A stretch of 64,000 nucleotides of DNA from a bacterium (GCA_021372585.1 JAJFUD010000019.1:45197-109196), one strand, 5' to 3'; counted from the stretch's first letter, positions 30,480 through 40,293 are shown. The notes: generated from the sequence alone by a model not told the origin. Program-made: numbers and translations.

Positions 30480-32156
30480 TTATTTTTGTTTATACGTAAT
30501 GACGATTTTTTTCTCTGAGGCGATCCAGTCTACCTGACACCCCAAATTTTCAGCGACAAACCGTAATGGTATCAAGGTTCTCCCGGGAGGAACCACCATC
30601 GGTTTGATTGCCGGATTGGAACTGTCAATCGGCACCGATTTTCCATTCACTTTCGCGGTGGGGACATTTAACTGCATGATAATGGTGATGGCTTGAAAAT
30701 GAATCGTGATGATTTTTGTATTTGTCTCAAAGGCGATCGTTCCGCCAAGTGCTTCAACAACAGGCCGGATCGGGAGCAGTGTCCTGCCTTGAAAAATAGT
30801 CGGAGTGACGTCTATAAGTCTTTCTTTTTCATTCACCACCATAGTTCGGGAACCTATCTGGAGTTGGATGACAATGTCCTTTTTTTCATCCGGTGGTGGG
30901 TCAGCCGTTCCTTTTGTAATGACTTCCAGTGTGTTGGAAGAAGCCGAACTGCCAGAGTCGTTGTAAGCAAATACACGGTAAAAATAAGTCGTGCCAGGCT
31001 GGAGATTTTCATCTCGGAAATTGGTTAAATTGGCGGGTAAGTCCTGTATTACGGAAAATTTACTCTCATCCACCTTGCGTCTCTCTAATTTATAACCTGT
31101 CTCATTATCGGCATTATCTTTCCACTCCAGCACGACATCGCTTTCATATGTTTCTTTCGCTTTCAGATCTGTGGGAGCAGTCGGAGGCAATATCTCTTCC
31201 TGTGAGCGAATACGAATCATTTGTTCGTTGGAGGGAACGGATTCTCCTTCCTGGTTGAAGGCGACAACCTTAAAATAAAAAGTGGTATCGGGAATATAGA
31301 GAGAACCATCCTCAAACTGAACCGAATCTTTCGGCAGTTGACGGTGCATCGCATAATTTTCAAAATCATTGATGGAGAGATAGATCCGGAAACCTTCTTC
31401 GTCTTCAGAATTGTCTACCCAGGTAAAATATAAAACGCGGTTCTTCATCTCTACTGTAAGGTTGCTGGGTGCTGCCGGTGGTTCATAAGTAGGATCACCG
31501 GGATTCTGGGCAGGTTTTTTTGTTTCCACCAATACTTCATTGGAATACTCTGAGAGACCTTTGGAATTAAAAGCCTGGACTCGGTAGACATACTTGCTAT
31601 CTGGATCGACTTTGTCATCTTTAAAGAGACGGATATCGGTTAACACCTCACCAACCGAAACGAATTCGTGCCCAGGCATTCTTCTTTCAATCCGGAAACC
31701 TTGTTCATTGGGAGAATTGTCATTCCAGCGCAGTTCTACATATACCCCATCGATTACCCTCGCTACCAGATCACTGGGAGCAGCAGGGGTATCTGCCTGG
31801 TTGGGAGGCGTATCGGTTGTAGCGAACGCTTCATTGGAATAATCCGATTCTGAGACCGCATGGTAAGCTTTTACTCTATAATAGTAGGTTCTTCGGGGGG
31901 CCAGTTTCGTGTCCAGGAAAAAAGTAGTGTCTCTGCCTAGTGTCACAATAGCGGAATAGGGATCGATACCTGATTTTCTCTCGACGATGAAACCTTCTTC
32001 ATCGGGGGCATTATCTGTCCAGAGTAAGTTAATCTGATCATAAAAGGCAAGGGCTACCAAATCGGTTGGTTTTATCGGATTCGGTGCTGCTAAAACTAGA
32101 TTTGCAATACTGACAAATCCTATAACCAGGTAAATAAAAACTGACTTGATCTTCAC
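30480..32156 (-). CDS. Secreted surface protein with 4 fibronectin type III-like domains and 2 C-terminal copper amine oxidase N-terminal-like (stalk/cell-wall-binding) domains
   Basis: Signal peptide. Repeated approximately 95-aa units end in YYYRVKAY / YVYRVQAFN / FYFKVVAFN / YFYRVFAYNDSG, the FN3 signature. The C-terminus carries TLLPIRPVVEALGGTIAFE and TLIPLRFVAENLGCQVDW. Confidence 0.6.
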   Translation of the reverse strand: MKIKSVFIYLVIGFVSIANLVLAAPNPIKPTDLVALAFYDQINLLWTDNAPDEEGFIVERKSGIDPYSAIVTLGRDTTFFLDTKLAPRRTYYYRVKAYHAVSESDYSNEAFATTDTPPNQADTPAAPSDLVARVIDGVYVELRWNDNSPNEQGFRIERRMPGHEFVSVGEVLTDIRLFKDDKVDPDSKYVYRVQAFNSKGLSEYSNEVLVETKKPAQNPGDPTYEPPAAPSNLTVEMKNRVLYFTWVDNSEDEEGFRIYLSINDFENYAMHRQLPKDSVQFEDGSLYIPDTTFYFKVVAFNQEGESVPSNEQMIRIRSQEEILPPTAPTDLKAKETYESDVVLEWKDNADNETGYKLERRKVDESKFSVIQDLPANLTNFRDENLQPGTTYFYRVFAYNDSGSSASSNTLEVITKGTADPPPDEKKDIVIQLQIGSRTMVVNEKERLIDVTPTIFQGRTLLPIRPVVEALGGTIAFETNTKIITIHFQAITIIMQLNVPTAKVNGKSVPIDSSNPAIKPMVVPPGRTLIPLRFVAENLGCQVDWIASEKKIVITYKQK

Positions 32157-32166
32157 GTTTTCACCC

Positions 32167-33726
32167 CTATTGCTTTGCTATTTCTTCCGATTCCATGATC
32201 CAATCTTCGAGAGTAGTGATCAGTTTTCCATAAAGAGAGGGATTCTTGATAGCGTTGGTTAAAAAAGTCCTGTATTTTTCAGCTTGCTGGTTGTAAAAGG
32301 AAGGAAAGATTTGATTGCTTAATACCCACCGATCGGCTTTAACCTGGTAAACATCTATCCAAGTCAGGTTCTCCAGCATAGAATCCTCTTCCCCTTCCCA
32401 ATCAACATATAGGTTCAATACTTCTTGGCTGCCATCTTGGTTCAGATCTTCCCATTTCCATGAATTCCTCAGCTTCTTTTCAGAACGGAATATTTCTTTC
32501 AGGATTCCCTGCCGGGTAATTGAAAATTGGGATAATCTTTCAGCTCCAAGCGCTTTTTCGTGGCTTTGCCAACTGCATAGAAGGTCAGGTTTATTGTCCT
32601 GGTTGATATCTTCGAGAAAACAATCCACCAATTGATATCCTAACACAGTGGTATGGGATTTTGTCCTGTCCTTATATAGGCTGAGTAACTGCTTATCTGC
32701 CCGGTAGGTGGCGAGGGATTGGCCGTTTGCGAATAACCAGTACTCATCGAAAGGAGCCGGGAGTCTCTGTATAACAGCCGCATTTATCAAATTAAAATCA
32801 GCCCATCTAGGCGCTTTGTTGGCGTATCGTTGGGTAGGCTTGATGGTTGGAAAAGTGCCGGAAGCGATAATGCCAGGCTGAATCGATTGGATAGAGTCAA
32901 CGTAAAATATCTGCTGATTCTTGCTATACGCAAACGTATACCCGTTTAAGGAGAAAGAATACCCGTGAAAGGGGGTATCGGACTGATCGATCAGATCAGT
33001 TTTTGAGAAGTCGGTGCGAACCATATAGAGTTGGTTGACCAGGGGTATTTTGCTTGTCAAGCCTTGTATATAGCTGGTATTCTTCTTTCTATGCACCGAT
33101 AATAAACAGAAGCGGTCATTTCGGGAAACGATCCCCAATTCAGACCACACTTTCGACAAGGTGACCGATTTTCTTTTCAGGAAAGAATCCGCACCGGTCT
33201 TTTTTCTGTCAATCATCTGCAAGCCAAGCTCCATGGAGGAGAGAATGATCTTGTTCCCGTTTGGAGAGAAGCGAATCCAGGTGTTATCCGGATCCGGAAG
33301 ATCGTAGGCAGTGTAAATCTCCTGGGTGGAGAGTAGTTTCTCTATCTGGTCGGAAAGAGAATAATAATACACGGTGAAAGTATCTGCATCAATTTTCCGG
33401 AGAAAATAGAAGCCTTCTCCTTCTGTATCCCAGCTTGGAGCATAGTCAGCTCCCTCGGTTAAACGCAGGTCTTGTTTAGTCCCGGTATGGAATAAATGAA
33501 TGCTTCCGTCTGTGCCGCGGAACAAGATCTCCTCATCGGAAGGGGGAGAAATATATTTTGTTTCATCTTCTTGTAAAACAGACGGAGTCTGAATCAGGAG
33601 CAGGACCCACCTGACAGAGAAAAATAAAATAGACCCAACCGCTGCGACCAAACACAGCAGGACAAACCAACCCAGTATTTTTCGGAGAATTTTACGTTTT
33701 TTTCGTTCCAAAGTCACTCCTCCCAA
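32167..33726 (-). CDS. Membrane-anchored hypothetical protein with beta-propeller-like (TolB/WD40-like) and FG-GAP/VCBS-like segments
   Basis: An N-terminal TM anchor. The segment GTDGSIHLFHTGTKQDLRLTEGADYAPSWDTEGEGFYF resembles TolB-type propeller blades. DINQDNKPDLL and WEDLNQDGSQEVL resemble Ca-binding FG-GAP loops. Confidence 0.35.
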   Translation of the reverse strand: MGGVTLERKKRKILRKILGWFVLLCLVAAVGSILFFSVRWVLLLIQTPSVLQEDETKYISPPSDEEILFRGTDGSIHLFHTGTKQDLRLTEGADYAPSWDTEGEGFYFLRKIDADTFTVYYYSLSDQIEKLLSTQEIYTAYDLPDPDNTWIRFSPNGNKIILSSMELGLQMIDRKKTGADSFLKRKSVTLSKVWSELGIVSRNDRFCLLSVHRKKNTSYIQGLTSKIPLVNQLYMVRTDFSKTDLIDQSDTPFHGYSFSLNGYTFAYSKNQQIFYVDSIQSIQPGIIASGTFPTIKPTQRYANKAPRWADFNLINAAVIQRLPAPFDEYWLFANGQSLATYRADKQLLSLYKDRTKSHTTVLGYQLVDCFLEDINQDNKPDLLCSWQSHEKALGAERLSQFSITRQGILKEIFRSEKKLRNSWKWEDLNQDGSQEVLNLYVDWEGEEDSMLENLTWIDVYQVKADRWVLSNQIFPSFYNQQAEKYRTFLTNAIKNPSLYGKLITTLEDWIMESEEIAKQ

Positions 33727-33797
33727 TGATTTATTCTCATTCTAATAGCCAACACCTGATTGTCAATGATTGATGACAGAAAACACGCTAATTTCAC

Positions 33798-33827
33798 TTG
33801 ACCTTGTTTGCATTTTTCATAGATAAT
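33798..33827 (+). promoter_or_regulatory. Putative sigma-A promoter for the MFS transporter gene (ttgacc -16/18- tagataat)
   Basis: TTGACC at 33798-33803 and TAGATAAT at 33820-33827, with an RBS gaaggag at 33851-57 upstream of GTG 33864. Confidence 0.4.
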
Positions 33828-33863
33828 AGAGAGGTTAGTTTATTTTGTTTGAAGGAGAATGAG

Positions 33864-35123
33864 GTGAATTTTAATCAACGTCGCTGGCTTGTGATGACGG
33901 TCGCACTACTGGCTTACCTGCTGGTATTTTTTCAGCGTACCGCATTAACCGTTCTTCAACCTGATTTAGAAAGAGTATTTCAACTTTCTGCGACTCAATT
34001 CTCTTCTTTATCGGGTGTGTATCTGTACTTGTACGCTTTACTGCAAATCCCGGTAGGAGTTTTGGTGGATTACGTAGGCGCCAGGAAGACGACGTATTTC
34101 GGTCTTTTCTTGGCTGCGATTGGTGCTATGATCATGGCTTGGGCTCCCAGTTATGCCTGGTTGTTTTTTGGACGGGTACTTTCCAGTATCGGTATCGCTC
34201 CTATTTTTTTAAATTGCCTGAAATTAAGCGCAGAATGGTTTATGCCTTCTGAATTTGCCACCTTGTCCGGTATCACCCTTTTTGTCGGTAATTTTGGCGC
34301 ATTGTTATCCAGTTATCCACTTTCGTGGTTGGTGCAAATCACAAGCTGGAGAATTTCTTTCATGATCGTCTCTGTCTTTACCTTTCTGGTGGCTATTTTT
34401 GCTTGGTTTTTTATCAAGGATAAACCTTCCGACTGCGGATTTCCGAATCATTTTCAATCAAAACCTCTCACCTTTCAAGATACTTTGCATGGACTTTCCA
34501 TAACGATTTCAAAACCGGCCATTATTCTTCCCACGGCTATCTATTCTTTCTCTCTCGCCTCCGTTCTTACCCTGCAAGCAGCCTGGGGTGCCAGGATGGT
34601 TCAGACATTCCTGAATATTTCCAAATCGAATGCGGGATTGGTTGTTATGTTTATCTCGGTTGGTATTATGAGCGGTGCATTAATCAGTGGAAAACTGGGA
34701 GATCGCTTTAAAAAAGAACAGGTACTGATCTCTTTTTTAATTCCAGCCTCATTATTGTGGGTATCGTTTCTGTTCATCCATTCACTCGCCTCTACATGGG
34801 TGTTTGCCGTCTGGATGCTGCTGGTAGGATTTGCCAGTGCGGGTTTTTCCCTGACATTTTCTCTGGGAAAAGAGATTTCTGGTCACCGGTATAGTGGTAT
34901 CGGCATGTCGATTGTCAACGGTAGTGGATTTATTTTTACCGCTCTCATTCAAAACATATACGGTAGAATTCTTGATTTCTCAAAAACGGGAGACCTTTAT
35001 ACCAAAACAGGTTTTTTACAAGGCAATTATATTTTGATCGCCTCTTCATGCCTGGCGGCTTTGTTTGCTTTCATTGTGTACTATCATAAAACAAAGGAGA
35101 AAAAATACGATCTCATTCATTGA
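33864..35123 (+). CDS. MFS transporter
   Basis: 12 predicted TM helices. MFS motif A-like LVDYVGARKT after TM2. The GTG start at 33864 has a strong RBS. The track ORF starts at TTG 33798. Confidence 0.8.
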   Translation: MNFNQRRWLVMTVALLAYLLVFFQRTALTVLQPDLERVFQLSATQFSSLSGVYLYLYALLQIPVGVLVDYVGARKTTYFGLFLAAIGAMIMAWAPSYAWLFFGRVLSSIGIAPIFLNCLKLSAEWFMPSEFATLSGITLFVGNFGALLSSYPLSWLVQITSWRISFMIVSVFTFLVAIFAWFFIKDKPSDCGFPNHFQSKPLTFQDTLHGLSITISKPAIILPTAIYSFSLASVLTLQAAWGARMVQTFLNISKSNAGLVVMFISVGIMSGALISGKLGDRFKKEQVLISFLIPASLLWVSFLFIHSLASTWVFAVWMLLVGFASAGFSLTFSLGKEISGHRYSGIGMSIVNGSGFIFTALIQNIYGRILDFSKTGDLYTKTGFLQGNYILIASSCLAALFAFIVYYHKTKEKKYDLIH

Positions 35124-35180
35124 AAAAGTTAAGAAAACCTCTATAGTGGCAAGCAGGAACTTATCTTTGGAGGGCAACCC

Positions 35181-36086
35181 ATGAAAAGATGGATTTGGTT
35201 TTTATTGTGTGGTTTTATCATTTTTCAGCTTTCATGCAGTAAGAGTATCCAGACTCCCAGTCAAAACGCTTCGAAAGATATGGATGAGGGGCAGTATTCA
35301 TCCGGATTAAGTATGGTTGCTGAAGAAGCATCGAAACCAGCTGGAATCCCCTCTCCTGTTATACAAGAGGTCGATGTCAGAAAGATCATTCAAAACGGTA
35401 CTGTAGACATGGAGGTGGAAGATCCGGAAAAAACCAGCTCTTCTATCGAACAATACATAGTATCGAAAAAAGGGTACATCGCGAATGCCAGAAAAGAAGA
35501 TGTGCACGAGGTAGTGACTGTATATCTTCAGATCAAGATACCTGTTCAGGAATGGTCCGGATTCATGGCTTTTGTAAAACAGCAGGGAAAAATCAAAAAA
35601 GAGTCAGTTTTCACCAATGAAATTACCAAAGAGTATTACGATACCGCTGCCCGTCTGAAGAACAAACAAGATCAGCTGGTTCAATATAAGCTGTTGCTGA
35701 GCAAGGCGATGAAAATCGAGGATATTTTGGCAGTTCAGCAACAAATTGACGAAGTACAGGAGATGATTGAGGTGTACAAAGGACAACTCAATCTCTGGGA
35801 TCAGCAGGTCGCTTTGTCCACGATCGATATTAATATCCGGCAGTACCCGGCTGCTCAAGCGACCTCCAAAAATCCTTCCTGGGATTTTCTGACAGGATCA
35901 GAGCTGTGGAAATTATTGAAAAACAACATCATTGTGGTCTTATCCGGCATTATCAAGTTCATCCAGTATTTTTTGGTGATCCTCATCGTGTATTGTTTAC
36001 CGATCGGTTTATTGATCTGGTTTTTTTACTGGTTGGTTCAAAAGCTTATTCAGGCATGGCAAAAACAGCAACAAAAGAAAAAATAG
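35181..36086 (+). CDS. DUF4349-like lipoprotein (coiled-coil, C-terminal TM)
   Basis: Lipobox FQLSC. A central coiled-coil (YYDTAARLKNKQDQLVQYKLLLSKA...QQIDEVQEMIEVYKGQLNLWDQQV) and a C-terminal hydrophobic helix plus a basic tail. This architecture is typical of DUF4349. Confidence 0.4.
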   Translation: MKRWIWFLLCGFIIFQLSCSKSIQTPSQNASKDMDEGQYSSGLSMVAEEASKPAGIPSPVIQEVDVRKIIQNGTVDMEVEDPEKTSSSIEQYIVSKKGYIANARKEDVHEVVTVYLQIKIPVQEWSGFMAFVKQQGKIKKESVFTNEITKEYYDTAARLKNKQDQLVQYKLLLSKAMKIEDILAVQQQIDEVQEMIEVYKGQLNLWDQQVALSTIDINIRQYPAAQATSKNPSWDFLTGSELWKLLKNNIIVVLSGIIKFIQYFLVILIVYCLPIGLLIWFFYWLVQKLIQAWQKQQQKKK

Positions 36087-36099
36087 GAGGCATTTTTGT

Positions 36100-38226
36100 A
36101 TGAAAAAAGTGATGGTGTGGTTATGTATTCTTTGCATTTTCTCCACAATAGGGGGATCGTTTGAGAGTAAAGCAGAGGAAAAACCCGACACGATTCAAAC
36201 CGTTTTGGAAGAGTACGGATATGACCTCAACGAGATCAAATACGACCCTGAAATTCTGTCTTCACTCATCGCGACGAATGCTAAAATGACATTTCCGTGG
36301 TTTCATCGTTGGTGGAGTCACCCTTTCGAGATTCCCAAGAATGTCAAAGGGACGGTCAACGGGATTGCCGATAGCTATCATGTGAAATCCGCTGAGTTTT
36401 CCAATACAGGACTCTTCCAGCAGTTTTTAGGGGGCATGTCTCGAACCGGGTATACAGCGACCGCTATGCCTGAACTAAAACTGATGCCGTATCCGATCGA
36501 TAAAGAAGAGCCGATTTTAGACGGCGTGAAATTTGTCTACGCTGCGATGGGGTACGACTTTTATGAACCTCAGGCGGAAGCAGTCAGGACAGCAGTCGGA
36601 TCGATGCCGGCAGAGCTCCAGATGCCATTCGCGGATTATCTTTATTCTGCGGTGATTTTGTGGCGGTATCGAAACCGCGCGATGCGTAACATCCCCAAAG
36701 AGAAATGGGCGGATGTATATGATAAGGCGATTCAGATGTCTATCTCTGTCGAAGAGACGAAAGACCTGGATGCTTTTATGTGGGATACCGGTCCGACTTT
36801 TGATTATTTAGACCTGTATAACGGAACGGTACCTTTGATTTATTCCATTTTCAAGATCGAAAAAAAGATCCGAGACGAGAAATTTGACACAAAAGGGTAC
36901 CAGTTTGACATCTATACCCCGTTGGGAAGAATCGCTTTCCAAGGAGGATCAGAGAAAAATGAGTACATTGGAGACGATTACTGCTTGATCGTCGATTGCC
37001 TGGGCGATGACAATTTCATTGGTGCCACAGCGGCTAATTCTTCTCTTAACAAGCCTGTATCGGTTGTCATCGATTTCGACGGCAATGATCATTATAGCGC
37101 TGATAAAAGGGATAAATGTGCTCAGGGAACAGGTGTATTAGGCGTGGGCATCCTGATTGATGAACAGGGAAACGATGTGTACGAAGCGTGGGATAACGCA
37201 CAAGGTGCTGCCACTTTTGGTGTCGGTTTACTTTGGGACAATGCTGGCGATGATACCTTTAAAGCGCGTGTGTTTTCTCAAGGCGCAGGTCAGTTTGGGG
37301 TGGCCAATCTCGTCAACGTTGGAGGCAATGATACCTATTACGCTTTTTACGCTTCACAGGCTTATGGCTATACAGGCGGGTACGGCTTACTGCTCGATAC
37401 CGAGGGTGACGACCAATACACCGCTGAGCCAACGGAGTTATTGACCCCCGGGGTGTTGGGTCACAATGACAATATCAATTATTCTCTTTGCCAGGGCGTA
37501 GGCTTTGGCCGCAGAGCTGACTTGTATGATGGCCACTCGATGGGAGGTGGAATGGGTGTGTTGGTGGATCTCAAGGGAGATGACAAATATGTCGCCGGCA
37601 TTTATGCCCAAGCCTCCGGATACTGGTTTGCCACCGGTATTCTTTACGACAAAGAGGGCAATGATGTATACGATGCTTATTTCTTTGTACAGAGCGGTAC
37701 GGCGCATATGGGCATCACTGAATTGCTCGATGAAGCCGGAGACGATATCTATTATGCCAGACAAGCGATCTCTGCCGGAGGCGCTCATGATGTTTCCATC
37801 TCCTGGCATGTTGATAAAGGCGGGAACGACAAATTTCTATGCAATTATGAAGTGACAGACAAGGATGGTAAAAAAACCAAGACATCCGGTGGTATCTTGT
37901 TAGGCTCCTCCACTGCGAATGGAATGGGAATATTAGTGAACATTGGCGGAGACGATGTGTATGATGTGTTGGATGAGCCGGGAAGAGGGAAGCAGAGCGT
38001 CGGATATGCCAACCACGTTGTCCCTCCCACGATGAATACCTGGCGAAATACGTTCCCGGATGTCGGTTTGTTTATCGATATCGGCGGGGAAGATACGTAT
38101 ACCAGACCGGATCTGATTAAAAATAATACCAGCTGGAAACAGGAATCCACGCAATACGCGAGAAGAATGTCCGTTGGGATTGGTTTGGATATTGAAGAAG
38201 GGTATATTCCCTGGGTAGAATGGTAG
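36100..38226 (+). CDS. Secreted tandem-repeat protein (about 10 degenerate 22-24-aa G-x-G-[IL]-L-x-D-x-x-G-[ND]-D-x-[YF] repeats, putative beta-solenoid)
   Basis: Signal peptide MKKVMVWLCILCIFSTIGG. The repeats include GVGILIDEQGNDVYEA, GVGLLWDNAGDDTFKA, GVANLVNVGGNDTYYA, GYGLLLDTEGDDQYTA, GMGVLVDLKGDDKYVA, ATGILYDKEGNDVYDA, GITELLDEAGDDIYYA, GMGILVNIGGDDVYDV and GLFIDIGGEDTYT. Confidence 0.5.
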   Translation: MKKVMVWLCILCIFSTIGGSFESKAEEKPDTIQTVLEEYGYDLNEIKYDPEILSSLIATNAKMTFPWFHRWWSHPFEIPKNVKGTVNGIADSYHVKSAEFSNTGLFQQFLGGMSRTGYTATAMPELKLMPYPIDKEEPILDGVKFVYAAMGYDFYEPQAEAVRTAVGSMPAELQMPFADYLYSAVILWRYRNRAMRNIPKEKWADVYDKAIQMSISVEETKDLDAFMWDTGPTFDYLDLYNGTVPLIYSIFKIEKKIRDEKFDTKGYQFDIYTPLGRIAFQGGSEKNEYIGDDYCLIVDCLGDDNFIGATAANSSLNKPVSVVIDFDGNDHYSADKRDKCAQGTGVLGVGILIDEQGNDVYEAWDNAQGAATFGVGLLWDNAGDDTFKARVFSQGAGQFGVANLVNVGGNDTYYAFYASQAYGYTGGYGLLLDTEGDDQYTAEPTELLTPGVLGHNDNINYSLCQGVGFGRRADLYDGHSMGGGMGVLVDLKGDDKYVAGIYAQASGYWFATGILYDKEGNDVYDAYFFVQSGTAHMGITELLDEAGDDIYYARQAISAGGAHDVSISWHVDKGGNDKFLCNYEVTDKDGKKTKTSGGILLGSSTANGMGILVNIGGDDVYDVLDEPGRGKQSVGYANHVVPPTMNTWRNTFPDVGLFIDIGGEDTYTRPDLIKNNTSWKQESTQYARRMSVGIGLDIEEGYIPWVEW

Positions 38227-38238
38227 ATCAACCCCTTA

Positions 38239-38296
38239 CCCCCCCCCCCCCAGAAAAAATAAATTGGGACTGTCCCAATTTATTTTTTCTGGGGGG
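38239..38296. terminator. Bidirectional rho-independent terminator: C13 tract, a perfect 18-bp inverted repeat (agaaaaaataaattggga / tcccaatttattttttct, 3-nt loop), and a G6 tract
   Basis: Seen directly in the sequence between the convergent genes 36100-38226 (+) and 38367-39560 (-). The C-run and G-run extend the stem. A- and T-rich arms provide the U-tracts for both orientations. Confidence 0.65.
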
Positions 38297-38366
38297 TACA
38301 GCGAATGCGATAAACAACTCAAACTCTTTGAACAGAAACTAAAGAAAACGGAGAAGGATAAAAAAA

Positions 38367-39560
38367 CTAAAGGCTTACTGTGTTTTGGGAGTGATAAGTG
38401 GCAATCGTCTCGGCTAAAGCATCCAAGTTCTGAAAAGTTGAATGGGTTGGAGCGCCTTTTTCCAGCACAGGTTCGAGGATCTCGACTGATTTCATATTCC
38501 CCAGCAGACTTGTGATCTGGTCTGTCATTTTACCACCCCATCCGAAAGAACCAATGATACCAAACCATTTGATCTTCGGTCGGAGCGCATTCACAAGATA
38601 CGCTGCATAAGCTGCTACCGGATGAGCTCCCGCCAGCATAAAAGGTGCCCCCAGAATAACGGTAGCGGCATCTACGACGGAAGAAGCTAATTCTCCGACA
38701 TCTGTTTTTGGTAAATCAAACACATCTACCGCCACGTTTTTCTGCACTAATCGGTTCACAAGGTGATCCACCATGAGTTTTGTGCTTTCATGCATCGAAA
38801 CATATGGCAAGACCACTTTGTTGTGCACTTTATCAGAAATCCACTCCAGATAAGCATTCCAAAGAACTGACTTATCCGACTGCACGGGTCCGTGTGAGGG
38901 GGCGATAATATCAAAAGGCAAGGAGGAAAGTTGATTCAGGTTGCTAGCGATGACGGAACGAAACGGCATCATAATCTCTGCATAATACCTTCTGCCTGCG
39001 GACAATAGCTTACAAGGATCATTAGAGAATAATTCACTGCTTGCAATGTGAGATCCGAACAGATCACAGGTGAATAAGATGTGGTCTTCCTGCAAGTAAG
39101 TGCACATCGTATCCGGCCAATGTACCCAGGGAGTGAAAAAAAACTGCAGGGTTTTGTTTCCCAGCGAGAGTGTCTCATTCGTCTGGATCGTGATAAATAC
39201 TGACTCAGGCAGGTGATGAAAAGCCATCAGCAGGTCTTTGCACTTTGGATTGGTAACGACTTTTGCCATAGGAAATGCCTGAAGCAGAAAAGGTATCGAC
39301 CCGGAATGGTCTTGCTCTGCATGTTGAGAGATAATGTAATCAATCCTCTCTATTGACAAGGCTTGAAGATTGGTCTTCAGCTGATGGTAACAGGCGGGAT
39401 CGACCGAATCTATGAGTACAGTTTTCTCGCTTCCTTGAATCAAGTAGGCGTTGTAACTAGTTCCATCCGGCAGGGGTATCAATTCATCAAATAGTCTTCG
39501 GCTCCAGTCCAATGCCCCTACCGCATAGACAGAAGAACCAATACAACGGCTGAAACTCAT
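38367..39560 (-). CDS. fprA: Flavodiiron protein (FprA, A-type flavoprotein; metallo-beta-lactamase-like plus flavodoxin-like domains)
   Basis: IDYIISQHAEQDHSGS is the di-iron HxExDH site. The C-terminal flavodoxin-like domain is present and the product is 397 aa. Confidence 0.85.
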   Translation of the reverse strand: MSFSRCIGSSVYAVGALDWSRRLFDELIPLPDGTSYNAYLIQGSEKTVLIDSVDPACYHQLKTNLQALSIERIDYIISQHAEQDHSGSIPFLLQAFPMAKVVTNPKCKDLLMAFHHLPESVFITIQTNETLSLGNKTLQFFFTPWVHWPDTMCTYLQEDHILFTCDLFGSHIASSELFSNDPCKLLSAGRRYYAEIMMPFRSVIASNLNQLSSLPFDIIAPSHGPVQSDKSVLWNAYLEWISDKVHNKVVLPYVSMHESTKLMVDHLVNRLVQKNVAVDVFDLPKTDVGELASSVVDAATVILGAPFMLAGAHPVAAYAAYLVNALRPKIKWFGIIGSFGWGGKMTDQITSLLGNMKSVEILEPVLEKGAPTHSTFQNLDALAETIATYHSQNTVSL

Positions 39561-39586
39561 GACATACTCCTTGGAAAATGGATTAT

Positions 39587-40293
39587 TTACGCTATTTTCT
39601 CAAACTGGTCTTTTGAAGCTCCGCAAATGGGGCATACCCAGGAATCAGGAATATCTTCGAAAGCAGTGCCTGGTTGGATGCCGCCATCGATATCACCGAC
39701 AGCCGGATCATATTCATAACCACAAACAAGACAACGGTATTTACTCATTTTATCTCCTCCTGTTGTTTTTTCCTGTGTATTTTCAGGTGTTTTCTGATAT
39801 GTTGCTGCGTTCTTTGGGGTGAGTCCTTTTTTTACCATATGATAATAAGCATAAGTCATCGGTTCTTTCTTGGATAGCACTATTGCATTGGTAATCTTAC
39901 CGACAAAAAGGGTGTGTGTATGGATAGGCAGATGGGTAATCATATCTAGTTCAAATGTGGCGACAGCATGGTCTGTTACAACCGGCATCCCATTCTCTCC
40001 CAAGGTATATTGAATGCCTTCAAATTTATTGATCTCTCTTCCTGATTTAAAACCAAATTGACCAATCAAAGTCATGGGGGTTTCCTGTTCCAAGACAGAA
40101 ATGGTAAATTTCCGGCTCTGTGAGATCATCATGTGCGTAAGGTTCTGCTGATTGATGCTGATGCCAATGGTAGCCGGATCAGCGGTAATCTGGAAAATAG
40201 TATTGGCAATCTGACCATTCATCTGGTTTTGGTAACTTGAAGACACGATATAGAGACCATAGCTGATCGAATATAACGCTGCTAAATCCATTA
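39587..40293 (-). CDS. hrb: Flavin reductase-like domain fused to a C-terminal rubredoxin (high-molecular-weight rubredoxin, Hrb-like NADH:FprA oxidoreductase)
   Basis: The C-terminus [12 protein letters not shown]...[14 protein letters not shown] carries the two CxxCG rubredoxin knuckles. The N-terminal approximately 160 aa form an FMN-binding split-barrel flavin reductase-like domain. It lies directly downstream of fprA. The start at 40293 has an aggagga RBS. Confidence 0.75.

Noticed and set aside
29795-30499. Plus-strand ORFs (66 aa, 163 aa) inside the AI-2E transporter gene
   Set aside because: Antisense to a well-supported membrane protein gene, with no independent signals.
38264-38515. 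83-aa plus-strand ORF overlapping the terminator and the fprA 3' end
   Set aside because: It begins inside the palindromic terminator and runs antisense through the C-terminus of the flavodiiron gene. No RBS. Spurious.
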